Notes: generated from the letters alone by a model not told the origin. 64,000 nucleotides of DNA from an uncultured Gemmatimonadaceae bacterium (GCA_963761305.1 CAVXGK010000001.1:1727417-1791416), one strand, 5' to 3'. Shown: positions 41,701 to 54,641, counted from the stretch's first letter. Numbers and translations: made by a program.

Positions 41701-41889
41701 GCAGAAGTTTTCTATAGAGCTGCATATTTGAAATGGGAACGCACGTTTCCTGAAAGAGCATCGAAGCTCCTGGTTATTGTTGCGGAAATCAGGAAAGGGA
41801 TTTCGCAACTATCGCATATTTCGGACTCGGAGCTGGAAAAACATTGCCGTGATTGGATCCTGGGACGGAACACACTCTCGGACAATTAG
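38793..41889 (+). CDS. SIR2-domain / STAND (NB-ARC-like) ATPase / TPR protein (frameshift near 39260)
   Basis: FLVGAPMS; after the shift ILTTNFD, HLHG and AYSGWD (open and in frame with ORF 39511); GLGGQGKS; FVFDNVD; LHPMVR; C-terminal TPR-like helices. Confidence 0.85.
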
Positions 41890-41939
41890 TGGTTTTGTTG
41901 CATTTGTTCCGTCTAGGGTGCGTCAGTTCAGAAAACTAA

Positions 41940-43118
41940 TCAGTTCTTTGGAACTTCCGCAATCCATCCACCACCGACGACCAGATCGCCGTCATAGAAC
42001 ACTACGGCCTGTCCTGGTGTGATGGCGCGCTGCGGCTGATCGAAGGTTACGCGGACCTCACCATTGGGAGCAGGCTCCAGTACGGCAGGCGCGGGCTCAT
42101 GGCGATGACGGATTTTTGCTTGAACGCGCATAGGCGCGGTAGCTTCTGAATCGTCACCCCGCAAAGCGTCACTCTGTAGCCCATCGATAGAAATCCAATT
42201 CAGTTTGTGGGCGATTAAGGTGCGTGAGAGCAAATCATCATTGCCGCCGACGGTTACTTTGCCTTCAGCGCCGTTGATGTTGATCACGTAAAGAGGCGAG
42301 CCCGTAGCGACGCCCAGTCCCTTGCGCTGGCCGACAGTGAAATTGTGTATGCCCTCATGGTGTCCCAGCACCTTGCCTTCAGTCGTAACAAGCTCGCCGG
42401 AGGTATCCGGCAATGACTCACCCTGCTCGGTGAGATAGGCGTCAATAAAGCGCTTGTAGTCGCCGCCGGGGACGAAGCATATCTCCTGCGAATCAGGCTT
42501 TTCGGCCAGGGCCAGTTTATGGTCGCGCGCGAGCTCGCGCACCTGCGGCTTCTGCATGTGTCCCAGAGGAAAGAGCGTGCGGCTTAGTTGCTCCTGCGTA
42601 AGTCCGAAAAGAAAGTAAGTCTGGTCCTTGGCTGGATCGGCGGCGCGGCGCAGCAGCCAGCGATTACGCCCGGCATCAAATTCGCAGCGGGCGTAGTGCC
42701 CTGTTGCAAGAAGGTCAGCGCCAATCTGGCGGGCGGTAATGAGCAATTGATCGAACTTGAGATGGTTGTTGCACAAACTGCACGGAATGGGCGTGCGTCC
42801 GGAAAGATATTCATCAATGAATGGACGCACCACATCACGCTCAAAGCGCTCTTCATGGTTGACCACGTAATACGGAATATCCAGATCTTCGGCGACCCGG
42901 CGCGCATCATAAACATCATCAATGGAACAACAGCGGCCCTGTACCTGCTCCGGCATGCCTTCGTGTCCGGCCAGGCGGCGCTGGTTCCAAAGCTGCATGG
43001 TCAAGCCCACTACATTGTGGCCCTCTGCGCGCAGCATGGCCGCAACGGTGGAAGAATCCACACCGCCGGACATTGCTACGGCAATGGTTCGGGTTACGGG
43101 ATTGGTCTGAGTGGGCAT
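41940..43118 (-). CDS. mnmA: tRNA 2-thiouridine(34) synthase MnmA
   Basis: [38 protein letters not shown] and [10 protein letters not shown]. Confidence 0.97.
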   Translation of the reverse strand: MPTQTNPVTRTIAVAMSGGVDSSTVAAMLRAEGHNVVGLTMQLWNQRRLAGHEGMPEQVQGRCCSIDDVYDARRVAEDLDIPYYVVNHEERFERDVVRPFIDEYLSGRTPIPCSLCNNHLKFDQLLITARQIGADLLATGHYARCEFDAGRNRWLLRRAADPAKDQTYFLFGLTQEQLSRTLFPLGHMQKPQVRELARDHKLALAEKPDSQEICFVPGGDYKRFIDAYLTEQGESLPDTSGELVTTEGKVLGHHEGIHNFTVGQRKGLGVATGSPLYVININGAEGKVTVGGNDDLLSRTLIAHKLNWISIDGLQSDALRGDDSEATAPMRVQAKIRHRHEPAPAVLEPAPNGEVRVTFDQPQRAITPGQAVVFYDGDLVVGGGWIAEVPKN

Positions 43119-43445
43119 AAATCGCGCTCTTGCCATTATAGATGGTGACCCCGCAGGTGAGGGATGAAGAGGGCAAAAAGCAATGCAAAAGTGCTGTTGG
43201 TCGCAATTGTTTGCACATAGTTGCGCTGCATAGAAATTGAACCCCAGCGTTCTTATTGCAACGGCGCAACCGTTTTTCGAGAGTTCAAATTGGAACAAGA
43301 TATTTTAAGAAAAAATTTATTATTTTTTACGCGAGACACTCTGTTCCAAGAGCGCAAATCGGCTGTCTTTTTTGATTTAATAGGAGTAACTCGGGCTACA
43401 ATGCAGCTCAATCATTGAACCAGCCTGCAATGATCCACACTGTTC

Positions 43446-45894
43446 ATGAACAGTTCAGATACAGCATGGAATGACGACCCACTTCTATCAACGCCAGTCG
43501 CCCGGCTGGAGCGTGAGGTAGCGGAGCTGCGTCGTCAATTAGCCGCATTCGTGCCGCGCTCACCTGCGGAGGATCCGAGCCGGTTTGTGACATCGCAGGA
43601 TATCTCCAACGACGTGCGTTATCGCGTATTGATTGAGCTGTCCCCGCAGATCGTATGGATGTCTGACCCGAACGGGATGATCACGTACGTAAACCAGTAC
43701 TGGTTTGACCTGACTGGGTTCACTCTGGAGGAGACACGCGGTGACGGATGGACCCGCGCGCTTCACGCGGACGACGTCCACAAAACATACGACCAATGGC
43801 ACGATGTTGTTACTAAGGGGACGCCCTGGGAAAATGAATTCCGCATTCGGCGCGCCAGTGACGGGCAGTATCGCTGGTATGTCACCCGCGGCCTGCCTAT
43901 CCGCAATGAAGCGGGAGAAATTACCAGTTGGATGGGAGTTTCACTCGACATCCATGATCGCAAAGTGGCCAAGGAAAATCTGGCAGTCGCCGATGAGCGA
44001 TTGCGCCTGGCTGTTGAAGCGGCAAACATTGGCGCCTGGGACCACTACTTACAAACAGGTAAAATTGAATGGTCACCCAGAGCTAGAGAAATTTTTGGCG
44101 TATCCGGCAATGAGCAACCGAGTTTTGAATGGTTCTTCTCTTGCCTTGATCCGGCAGACCGCCCTCGTATTGCGGAGAAGCTCAAGCGGGCCACTGATCC
44201 CAGGATTCGCGCGGAATATGATGCAGACTATCGCATCACCTGGCCGGACGGTTCTTCTCACTGGGTGCTTGCCCGGGGCAAATGTTACTTTGATGGAGAA
44301 GGAGACACAGCGCGGGCCGTGCGAGCCGCCGGGGTGGTCTTTGATATCACTGACCGCAAGCAGGCTGAGTGGGAGCGCGCCATGCTTACCGCTACGCTGC
44401 AACACAGTCCAGACTTTATTGGCATTACCGACCTGAAAGGGAAAATTGTTTTTCTGAACAAAGCAGGCCAGAAACTGGTAGGGCTGCGCGATGACGCTGA
44501 AGCTGAATCAAAATACGTCTATGACTTTCTTAGCGCCGCGCGAATTGAAAATACTGAAAGACAAAATCATTCCCGCGATTCGCCGCCGTGGCGTGTGGGA
44601 GGGCCGGTTTTCCCTGCGGCATTTTATTACCAATGAAATCATTCCATTCGATACCCGCGGCTTTGGCATATTCGATGCCGCTGGGCATCTCACCAATATC
44701 GCCACGGTAAGCCGGGATATCGCGGACAAGGAAAAGCTGGAAGAAAAGCTTCGCACGGCACAGAAGATGGAAGCCATCGGGCAGCTGGCCGGAGGCATTG
44801 CCCACGACTTCAATAATCTACTGACGGTAGTTCGAGGATCGGCCGAGGTGCTGGAGCACCGTCTACCGGAAAGCGCGAAAGATCTACGCCACAGCTTGCG
44901 TGAGATCCATGTGGCCGCCGATCGGGCCAGCGCACTCACCGATCAATTGCTCACGTTTGGGCGGCGCCAGATGGTCTTTCCCCAGGTCCTTCACCTCAAC
45001 AACGTGGTTCTTGGCATGGAGGAGATGCTGCGACGGCTGGTGGGAGAAAAGATTATGCTATCGCTTTCGCTTGCTCAGGATCTGTGGAATGTAAAGATCA
45101 ATCCCTCACAAGCGGACCAGATATTGATCAACTTTGCCGCCAACGCTCGCGATGCCATGCCTGATGGCGGCAATATCGCAATCAAGACCTGGAACCAGAC
45201 TTTCGATGCCAGCATCGCCCCGGCTGTAGGACTTCATGCAGGCGAATACGTTTGCATATCAGTGGCTGATAGTGGCTTTGGCATGGATGCCGCGACTTTG
45301 AGCCACATTTTTGAACCGTTCTTTACCACCAAACAGATGGGCAATGGCATGGGACTGGCCACCGTGTATGGCATTGTGCAGCAATGCTCCGGGCACGTTG
45401 TGGCCCACAGCATAGCGGACAAAGGAACAGAATTTATCGTTTATCTTCCGCGAACCATGGAGGCCGCAGCGGCAGAAATGGCGGCCGGCAAAGTTCCTTC
45501 CGCTAAAACTGGATCGGCAACGATCCTGATCGCTGAAGACGAACCCAGCCTGCGCGCGCTGCTGGCTGATTACGTTCGTGAAAGTGGATACCGTGTGCTT
45601 GAAGCGGCCAGCGTCAAGGAAGCGCTGGCGACGGCCCACGACCAAAAGCTCGATTTGCTGGTCACCGATATCGTGATGCCCGGCGGAAGCGGACAGACTC
45701 TGGCGTCTACTCTTTCCGCTTCTCATCCAGGTCTGGCAATCATCTTCATGTCAGGCTATGCCGACTATGCCGCGCTAAAGGAAGCCACCAGCCAGCCAGG
45801 CGTAGCGTTTGTGCCAAAACCGTTCACACTGAAGCATATGCTGGGCAAGATACGGGAAGCTCTCGGTGGCAAGGCTGCATCGGTGCCGGCGTAA
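43446..45894 (+). CDS. Multi-PAS hybrid sensor histidine kinase/response regulator (frameshift near 44535)
   Basis: Three PAS/PAC domains; AGGIAHDFNN; NARDAM; FEPFFTTK; receiver domain AEDE...TDIVMP...KPF. Confidence 0.92.
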
Positions 45895-45928
45895 TGGCCA
45901 GCATTAGAATTATTAGATCTTTGAAATC

Positions 45929-47092
45929 TTAGCTAACAGGCTGCTTCTGATAGGCGGGAGAAATCTCGCGCAGGCGTCCCACAGTTTCCGGGATTACCTT
46001 GATCGCGAAGTCGATATCTTCCTGCGTAGTCTGCTTGCCCAGGCTCAGACGAATGCTGGCGCGGGCACGCTGATGCGGCAGTCCCATGGCCAGCAGCACG
46101 TGCGAAGGCTCAATGGCGCCTGAAGAACACGCAGCGCCGCTGGAAACCGCCAGCCCTTTGAGATCGAGCGCGATGACCAGCGCTTCGCCTTCCACGTGAT
46201 CAAACCAGAGATTCGTGGTGTTCGGCACGCGCGATGCTCCCACGCCGTTTACTCCCACATCATCCATCGCGCTCAGAATCGAATCTTGTAGGCGGTCACG
46301 CATGGCGGACATCTCTGCCGCGCCTCCACTTTCCAGCCAGTGCTTGGCCAGTTCCGCGGCTTTGCCAATGCCGACAATACCCGGCAGATTTTCTGTTCCA
46401 GCGCGGCGCTGGCGCTCATGGCTACCGCCATAGATCAATGGCTGAATCAGCGTTCCCTTTTTGATAAATAGCGCGCCAGTTCCTTGCGGCGCGTGGATCT
46501 TATGGCCGGAAATGGAGAGCGCATCGCACGCAATTTTCTTTACGTCGATCGGTATTTTTCCTGCGGCCTGGACTGCATCCGTATGGAAAAAAACATCGGC
46601 TTCCTGTGCGATCTTGCCGATTTCCTCCACGGGCTGGATGACTCCGGTTTCATTGTTCGCCATCATCACGCTGATGAGCCGAGTATTCGGGCGCAACGAT
46701 TTCCGCACCTCTTCTGGATCAATTTCACCCTGGCCATTCACGGGGACAAACGTAACCTCGCATCCCATCTGCTCCAGACGCTTGCAGCTATTCATTACTG
46801 CACTGTGCTCGATGGTGGAGGTAATTACATGGTCGCCGCGCTGCACCAGTCCAAAGATGCCCTGATTGTCAGCCTCTGTACCGCCGCTGGTAAACACAAT
46901 TTCGGCAGGACGGGCATTCAGCAACGCAGCCACTGAGGCGCGCGCTCTTTCCACCGCGGCACGCGCGTGCTGTCCATAGTGGTGAATGGACGAAGCATTG
47001 CCAAACTGTTCCAGGTAAAATGGCCGTATCATTTCAAACACTTCCGGTAGGACCGGTGTTGTGGCATTGTTGTCCAGGTAAACGCGGCGCAT
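45929..47092 (-). CDS. iscS: Cysteine desulfurase (IscS/NifS)
   Basis: YLDNNATT, FTSGGTE, HTDAVQ, SGHKIH and SSGAACSSG. Confidence 0.93.
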   Translation of the reverse strand: MRRVYLDNNATTPVLPEVFEMIRPFYLEQFGNASSIHHYGQHARAAVERARASVAALLNARPAEIVFTSGGTEADNQGIFGLVQRGDHVITSTIEHSAVMNSCKRLEQMGCEVTFVPVNGQGEIDPEEVRKSLRPNTRLISVMMANNETGVIQPVEEIGKIAQEADVFFHTDAVQAAGKIPIDVKKIACDALSISGHKIHAPQGTGALFIKKGTLIQPLIYGGSHERQRRAGTENLPGIVGIGKAAELAKHWLESGGAAEMSAMRDRLQDSILSAMDDVGVNGVGASRVPNTTNLWFDHVEGEALVIALDLKGLAVSSGAACSSGAIEPSHVLLAMGLPHQRARASIRLSLGKQTTQEDIDFAIKVIPETVGRLREISPAYQKQPVS

Positions 47093-47279
47093 AGGTTTAT
47101 TCTACGCCTTTTCTTCAGTATTCAGATGGGCACTTCCCGCCGCAGGGCCCTTACGTTGATTATTAGAAAATACACATCTGAGACAAAACGTCTCTGGTTT
47201 GTGCATCTTACAATAATGAGCTTTTTCCTGGAGAGAAAATAAACATGCATAAATTGAATTCATTCATGGCGGTGGGCGC

Positions 47280-47909
47280 ATGAAAAAGCATCTTGGATTT
47301 TTCGCGTTCGTTGGCCTGCTTTTGATCGCCTGCGCTCCCGTTTTCGCACAGCAGAACCATGAGCAGCATTCGGCTCCGCCACAACACGCTGCTCCACCAC
47401 AACATTCCCAGGCGCCACAGCATGGCGGCGAGCATGGCGTCGGTCAGGGACATATTCCTGCACACGGGCCAGCGCCTTCACATGCGGCGCCTCATCCAGC
47501 GCCACAACCCAACCACGGGGAGCAACACGGCGGGCAACCGGCTCAACACAGCTACCGTGATCAAGAAGGCCACCCAGAAGCCCCGCACGTTCACGCAGAA
47601 AACGATCGCTGGGTAGGACATGAAGGACACGATGCTCGCTACCATCTTGACCATCCCTGGGAGCACGGCCGTTTTACTGGCCCTATCGGCCGGCAGCATA
47701 TCTGGCGTTTATCCGGCGGATCTCCGCAGAGATTTGGCATTGGCGGCTTCTTCTTTGAGGTTGCACAGCCTGATTACGGCTATGTGAATGGTTGGCTCTG
47801 GGACACCGACGATATCGTGATCTATGACGATCCCGATGACGCGGGTTTTTACCTGGCCTATAACGTCCGGCTTGGCACCTATGCACACGTGGTTTATGTG
47901 GGGTCCTGA
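47280..47909 (+). CDS. Secreted His/Pro/Gln-rich hypothetical protein
   Basis: Signal peptide (VFA-Q); low-complexity H/P/Q tract; aromatic-rich C-terminal domain. Confidence 0.75.
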   Translation: MKKHLGFFAFVGLLLIACAPVFAQQNHEQHSAPPQHAAPPQHSQAPQHGGEHGVGQGHIPAHGPAPSHAAPHPAPQPNHGEQHGGQPAQHSYRDQEGHPEAPHVHAENDRWVGHEGHDARYHLDHPWEHGRFTGPIGRQHIWRLSGGSPQRFGIGGFFFEVAQPDYGYVNGWLWDTDDIVIYDDPDDAGFYLAYNVRLGTYAHVVYVGS

Positions 47910-47930
47910 CCCCTGTGCGGTTAAACACAC

Positions 47931-47963
47931 GAAAGGCGGTAGCAAACAGCTACCGCCTTTTTT
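47931..47963. terminator. Terminator between convergent genes
   Basis: AAAGGCGGTAGC-AAACA-GCTACCGCCTTTTTT. Confidence 0.85.
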
Positions 47964-48029
47964 ATTGTTCAAAAGGAGGGGAAAAAAAATAGAAAGGAAA
48001 TAAGAGAGAGGGGTTCAGGATGCGAAAGG

Positions 48030-49165
48030 CTATCTTTTTTCCATCTGTACGTATTTGTTTGGATACGCGGGGCCAATGTAATCAGCACGCGGACGGATCA
48101 ACCGATTGTCATCCAGCTGTTCAATCACATGCGCTGCCCAGCCGCTGATACGCGATATGGCAAACACCGGAGTGAACAAATCCACGTCAAGCCCAAGCGT
48201 GGTGTAAGTTGAGGCTGAGTAGAAATCCACGTTGGCGTTCAGGCCTTTTTCATTCTTGATGTACTGCTCGATCTTGGCGGAAAGCTCATACCACTTGGGA
48301 TTGGCGGAGCGTCCCAGGTCGCGCGACATCTGTCGCAGGTGCGTGGCCCGCGGATCTTCCGTGTGATAAACGCGATGGCCAAAGCCGGAAACTTTCTTCT
48401 TGTTGGCCAGCATGTTCTTCACATGCTCAACCGGGTCTTCACCTTTTTTATCGATCTCAAACAACATGCGCATCACGGCTTCATTGGCGCCACCGTGCAG
48501 CGGGCCTTTCAGCGCGCCAATCGCACTGGTGATGGCCGAATGCATATCTGAGAGCGTGGCGGCTGTAACGCGGGCGGCAAATGTGGACGCATTCAACTCG
48601 TGATCAGCGTGCAGGATCAGGGCGACATCCAGTGCCTTTTCCGCCGTCGCCGAGGGTTTTTCACCATTCAACTGGAGCAGGAAATTGGCCGCATGGGAAA
48701 GCGATGGATCAGGATCAACCACGTTCTTGCCCTTACGTATGCGGTCATAACCGGCCACCAGCATCGCAATCTGCGAGGTCAGGCGGATGGACTTGCGCAC
48801 ATTGGCGTCATGGTCAATCTTTTCCGCCTCAGAATCATAAAAAGAAAGTGCGGAGACTGCCGTACGCAGCACTTCCATTGGTGTGGCTGTTTTGGGGACA
48901 CGGCGCATCAGGTCATAAATGGCAGGATCGATTTTGCGCTCTGCTGCAAGTTTTTCTTCAGGTCAGCCAACTCAGCTTTTTGAGGCAGCTTTCCAAACCA
49001 CAACAGGTAGCAGGTTTCTTCAAACGTTGAGTATTCCGCTAGCTCATGGATATCAATACCGCGATAGGCGAGCACTCCGGCATCGCCATCGATGTAACAC
49101 ACCCCGGAACTGGCCGCGACTACGCCTTCAAGGCCTTTTGTATTGGTAATTGTGCTGGTAGACAT
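48030..49165 (-). CDS. gltA: Citrate synthase (frameshift near 48945)
   Basis: KGLEGVVA, YRG, HADHELNAST, GPLHGGAN, GFGHRVY, DPRA and NVDFYS. Confidence 0.95.
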
Positions 49166-49406
49166 GGTATTTTTAGCGCCGATTTCTGGCTTCTCCAGTG
49201 AGAAAAAGCATCTCTGTGCGCAACATTTCTTTATACTCCAAAAACTTTAGACTTGCCACCCGCGCGGGGAACCAAGGTAACGCCCTGGACGAGTGGTTCG
49301 CAGCGGACGAGCCACTTGCACGCGGCAAAAAGCGCGGTCGATCAAAACGTGACTTAGGACGGATTAGAGGGGATGCTTCGAACGGAGGGAGACGGAGCGG
49401 CGGGAG

Positions 49407-50041
49407 CTACAGGGACCAAAATATCGATAATGGCCGGTGATCTTCCAATTAAATAAAACATCTTCAATTTTGGGGCCCGCGCCAATGTTGTGCTCAACCA
49501 TGTATCGGCGGCTGAGAGCCCTTTCCTATCCACAATGATTCCAATATGGGGCACACCGCCGCCCAGGTCCCAGGTAACAAGATCACCAGGGGCGTAATCT
49601 TCAACCCGGCCGGTGATCGGCAGGCTCTCTCCCTTGCGGCTAAAGAAAGTCATCAGATTGGGCACGCGGCGATGGTCAATGTTGGAATCGGGGCTCTGTC
49701 TTATGCCAGCGCCACTTGCTTGGATAGGCGTAAAGTTGGCCACCATATCTTCGTGAACTTCTTTTTGCAGATCGATGCCGACTACACGGTAGGCGCGATG
49801 ACCTCGTCCGTACAGACGCCGGTTTCGGCAGGCACGTCCCCACCGGGATATGGAATGCGTACGTAAGCTGGGTCGTAACGCACAATATGATTCGTACGCT
49901 CCACGGCAGCAGTCACAAATTTGTGGAGGAATTCCTGACGGGCTGCGGCGGGCGACGGCGTCTGGGCAGCAGCAAAACCAAAGAATGTTGCGGCCATCGC
50001 AGTACCAGGCTCAACGATCCATCAAAGCAGTGAGATTGCAT
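49407..50041 (-). CDS. DUF1287 (YijF-like) secreted protein, frameshifted; ends approximate
   Basis: YDPAYVRIPYPGGDVP..TGVCTD, DSNIDHRRVPNL, GDLVTW, HIGI and ITGHYRY. Confidence 0.85.
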
Positions 50042-50058
50042 GACTGAATCGACACCGC

Positions 50059-50907
50059 TCAGGAAGATAATGTTCCCGAATTTATAGTAGCCGTCACCCA
50101 TTGCCAGATGCCCATCACGATAAATGGCAGGATTGCCACCAATACCCACAATTTAGCGGAGCCGCGGATTTTTTCTTCTTTTTCCCAGCGAAAAAGCTTC
50201 ATGGAAATTACCGTACCGGCAACAATGGTGATGAGCAATACAACCACGCCAATAAATTCTTTCTCTCAGCCAAGCCCTGCCCTTTAAGCATGATGCTTTT
50301 CATCCCTCCACCATATAGGTGGCCGGAACGAAGTTATGAATGATCTGCATGACCCGGGGAAATTTTTCTGAAGGGAATGTGGCGCCGCTCAACAGCAGCA
50401 TGGGAAAGTAAAAAAGCTGTACCAGGATCGTGCCTTCCTGCATGGTGTTGGCTACAGACGCAATCACCAGACCGAGCGACGGAAAGCAATCAGGCCAAGG
50501 GAAATAAAGGCAAAAATTCAAAAAAATGCACCGGCAGCGGCATGTGATAAATGAAGTGGGCCATCAGCAACAGCAGCACAATATAAGGAATAAAAATCGC
50601 CCAACCCGGTGAACATCGATCCCACCAGAATCGGCGCCGGCGTAATCGGCGTGACTTTATATCGCCGCAGAATACCCAGTTCGCGTTCCTGAATGGCGCG
50701 GATGCCGGCTCCAAAAAAGCCGCTGCCCAGCACTCCCAGAGTCACGGACATGGTGACAACAAACGTCATGGCCCCGGACTCACCCTTAAGCACCGTGGCA
50801 AAGGTAAAGAAGAAAATCAGTGGAAACAGGTAGTTAAAAAAAATCACCGCCCGCAACCGCAGCGCGAGCCTGATGTCCATTGCAATCACTGCCAGATAAG
50901 GTTTCAT
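50059..50907 (-). CDS. ABC-2 type transporter permease, frameshifted
   Basis: FFNYLFPL, ERELGILRRYKVTP and LLLSGATFP; multiple TM helices. Confidence 0.85.
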
Positions 50908-50908
50908 G

Positions 50909-51839
50909 CTAGTCCCGCAACTTCTTTCCGGTTAATTCCACAAACACATCTTCCAGGGTTGGACGTTTCAGGTGGACGTCTTCCAGCGGTATGGATTGCT
51001 GGTCAAGCCATTTCATGATTTCAAAAAGCGTCCGCGCTGGCCGCGATGAATACACAGTGAGAGCGCGCTTGTCGTCTGCCAGGCGAGATTCAATCGTGTC
51101 CGGCCAGTGCGGTAACGCGGCCGCATTCAAGTCCTGGCCGCAGACAATATCAATACGCGATCTCTCCCGGCTCTGCTGCTGCAGTTCACGCGGCGTGCCT
51201 ATGGCCACGATTTTTCCCGCATCGATAATGGCCACGCGATCGCAAAGCCGCTCCGCTTCTTCAATGTAATGCGTGGTCAACACCACCGTGCGTTTCTCTT
51301 CTTTCATTTCCTCGATCAGCTTGTGAATCTCCAGACGGATTTGCGGGTCGAGGCCGGTGGTAGGCTCGTCCAGAAACAGCAGTTGCGGATCGTTGACCAG
51401 GGCCAGGGCCAGAGCAAGCCGCTGCTTTTGTCCGCCGGAGAGCGTTTCATAATAAGCGGCGCGCTTCTCCCACAATTGCAATCGCTTCAGCAAAACCTCT
51501 GCGCTGACGCTGCGCGTATAGAACGATCCAAACAGCTCCAGCGCTTCCTGTACGCGCATCTTGGCCGGCAAATTGGTGGCCTGCAGGCAGACGCCAATGC
51601 GGTCTTTCAACTGCGCTGTTTCTGGCGTCAGGATCAAAGCCCAGCACCAGGGCATCTCCACCGGTGCGGGGGCGAAGGCCTTCCAGAATCTCGATTGTGC
51701 TGGTTTTCCCTGCGCCATTGGGGCCGAGCAGGCCAAAAACCTCGCCTGCACCCACCTGGAAATCGATGCCTCTCACGGCCTCAACCTTGTCGTAGCTCTT
51801 CTGTAATTGCTGAACGTGTATGACCGGCTGTTCACTCAT
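50909..51839 (-). CDS. ABC transporter ATP-binding protein, frameshifted
   Basis: GPNGAGKT, LSGGQKQR, LDEPTTGLD and TTHYIEEAE. Confidence 0.93.
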
Positions 51840-51964
51840 GGATGTTTCAGGGTATAAACGCATTCCAGTTATGTCTAGTTCCCATTTAGACAAGGCCCTC
51901 TTTTTTGCAATCTGGCGATTTGAGGTTTACCCTTCTGGCGCAACCTTTCTGAAGGACACCGCCC

Positions 51965-53299
51965 ATGCTCAAGAGAACCGTTGTCGCGCTTGTTTTCCTA
52001 TTTCTGGCAGTCATGCTCCGTGCGCAGGCCGCCGATCCGCAGCTGCTGGAAGAAATTAACAAGATCAAAGCCATCGACAACCATTCTCATCCGCCCAAAC
52101 TGGTGGCTGCGGGCGAGAAAGACGATGATTTTGACGCGCTGCCCTGCGATCCGCTGGAACCGAGCGATCCCACCACCATCTCACGCCCGGAAAATCCGCA
52201 ATACTGGCCGCATGGAAAGCGCTTTATAACTACCAGTATAACGACCGCAGTCCGGAACACGTGAAAGAGCTTTTAGCAGGCCAAACAAAAAATCATGCAG
52301 GAACAGGGCGATAATTATCCCAATTGGGTGCTGGACCAGCTTGGCATTGAAACCGAACTGGCCAACCGCATCGTCATGGGGCGCGGCTTGCAGCCGCCTC
52401 GTTTCCGCTGGGTGCCATTCGATGATGCTTTGATGTATCCCCTCAAGACATCTTCCCTGGCCAGTGAAACTCCTGACCGGAAATTCTTTTTCCAGCGGGA
52501 AAACATGCTGTTGCGCCGATACATGAAGGAAGTAGACCGCGAGACCCTGCCCGCAACTCTCCAGGAATACACGGCAAAAGTCATCACGCCGGTGCTTGAG
52601 CTGCAGAAAAAGAACGGCGCGGTGGCCGTGAAATTTGAGGCTGCGTATCTTCGCTCGCTCGATTTCGGCCCATCCGAGCCGCAGGAGGTTGTCCAGCAGA
52701 TTTATGCACACTTTATAAAAGGCGACGTTCCTCTTAAACCCGACTACATCCGCTTGCAGAACTATCTGTTTCGATACATTGCCCGCGAGGCCGGACGGCT
52801 GGGACTGCCGGTACACATACATACGGGCGGCGGATGCGGAACCTATTTCATGCTCATGGGGTCGAACCCGGCTCTACTGGAATCGGTGCTCAATGACCCT
52901 TCCCTGCGCAAGACCAATTTCGTCCTGATCCATGGAGGCGCTGGCCCATTTCCTAAATATATGGACTATCTGCTGATGAAGCCCAACGTCTATACCGATT
53001 TCTCTGAGCAGACCTGGCTCATTTCCACGCGCCGCCTGAGTGAGAACATACGTGATCTGCTGGAGTGGTATCCGGAAAAAGTCATGTTTGGGACGGATCT
53101 TTATGCGAATACGCCAGAAATCAGTTGGGAGGAAATTGGCTGGCAGACCACTCAGTCCGGGCGTGAGGCACTCGCGATCGCATTGACCGGCATGATGCAG
53201 GACGGTGAAATCAGCCGAGAACGTGCGCTGGAGTTGGCTCATATGGCGCTACATGATAATGCCGCCAAGTTATACGGATGGACTGGAGCGGCTAAGTAA
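51965..53299 (+). CDS. Secreted amidohydrolase-2 family protein, frameshifted
   Basis: Signal peptide; IDNHSH, HIHTG, LIHGG and MFGTD metal-ligand motifs. Confidence 0.85.
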
Positions 53300-53312
53300 C
53301 CCACGTCCTGGA

Positions 53313-54178
53313 CTAATGAAACAGGTTGTAAACCTCTTCTTTGAATCGCTGCCAGTACATTATGGCTTGCAGTTGTAACGGCTGCTTCGTAGGATCCACG
53401 ATTTTAGAGACTTTTTTGAAATCGGCTGGAGCACGGAACAAGGCTGGATCGAGTGGCGCTTGAGAAAACTCCACGACTTCCATCTCTGAAGAGTAGCTGG
53501 GGCTGTCGGAAATATTCGTGGTCTTCATTTTTACCGGATATCCTGGTATGGGGCCGGTGCGATGTAAATCAATCTTGTCATAGCAGCGTTCGGCGCCCTG
53601 AGGCCTGGTTGATACAACAAGAAATGCAGTTCCGGCTTGTTGTGGGCGACGCCATGCGGGCAGTGCGTCATAGTCGATGTACCAGCCATCTATTTCGCTC
53701 TCTGACCCTCCGCCATAACAATTCTCTGGCCCGCCGATGCGTTTCTGTCTGGTAATCAGGTGGCGCGCTGTCTGGCCAAACATCTCTTTGCGCTCACCGG
53801 TATCTACCGTATCAATATTGATCGTGAACGTCTTGCCAGATGCCTTGGCGTTGAGTGGCTTCGCGCCTGGCACAGTGCCACGAAGGTCTGTTTGATAGCT
53901 GACATACTCGTGGGCATCCAGATCAAGATCGTAGACCTGGATTTTTTCTGCTCCGCGCTGCCTTATGATGGCGCGGCGATGCCGAGCACGCTGCCGGACG
54001 AAGACTGCATTTCACTCCTGGAATTCTCGCCACTGTGGTATTCGATTGTGGTGAATGAATCTCCACGGCCTGAGCTATGCCGGGTGGTCACCTTGAGGTC
54101 ACTGGTGGCCGGTTGGACTACAGCAGTAGCAAAGAGAAATACAAAGCCGATAACTGTGATCCAAGTTGGGGTTGGCAC
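53313..54178 (-). CDS. Secreted hypothetical protein (DUF4412-like), frameshifted near 53880-53965
   Basis: Signal peptide; DTGERKEMFG.TARH; C-terminal LDPALFRAPADFKKV. Confidence 0.6.
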
Positions 54179-54437
54179 GTCACCCTCCTTTTAGCTCAGT
54201 GTTCTTTAGTATGCGGAATGGGTATTCCGATCCGCAATAGGTATTCCGGTACTGGAACGGCTTTTTGAAAGATGCAAAAGACGCTGCCTGTCGGCGGGTT
54301 TACTTTAACCGTCTCAAAATAAGACAGGTAAAGACCTTACATTTTAATGCCTTTTTGCCAATTTACCCTTGACTTGGGCACAGGACACTGCAAAACTCAC
54401 ACAGTCCAACTAGGTTAGTTGGGAGGTGTAATTATAT

Positions 54438-54632
54438 TTGGCTGAAGTCAGGCTACAAGAGGCAGAACCTCTTGAAAACGCCTTGCGCCGCTTCAAAAGA
54501 AAAGTCCAGCAAGAGGACGTGATTCAGGAAGTCAAGCGGCACTCCTTCTATCTAAAGCCCGGCGAGAAACGCCGTGTGAAGGAAGCAATGGCACGCAAAC
54601 GCAATCGTAAAAAGGCCCGTAAAGAGGTATAG
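54438..54632 (+). CDS. rpsU: 30S ribosomal protein S21
   Basis: LENALRRFKRKV...FYLKPGEKRR; GGAGGT RBS; TTG start. Confidence 0.97.
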   Translation: MAEVRLQEAEPLENALRRFKRKVQQEDVIQEVKRHSFYLKPGEKRRVKEAMARKRNRKKARKEV

Positions 54633-54641
54633 CAATCCACT

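Noticed and set aside
41940..47092. PAS hybrid kinase between iscS and mnmA as a tRNA-thiolation regulator
   Set aside because: It is on the opposite strand and is a generic kinase type; there is no sequence evidence of a functional link.
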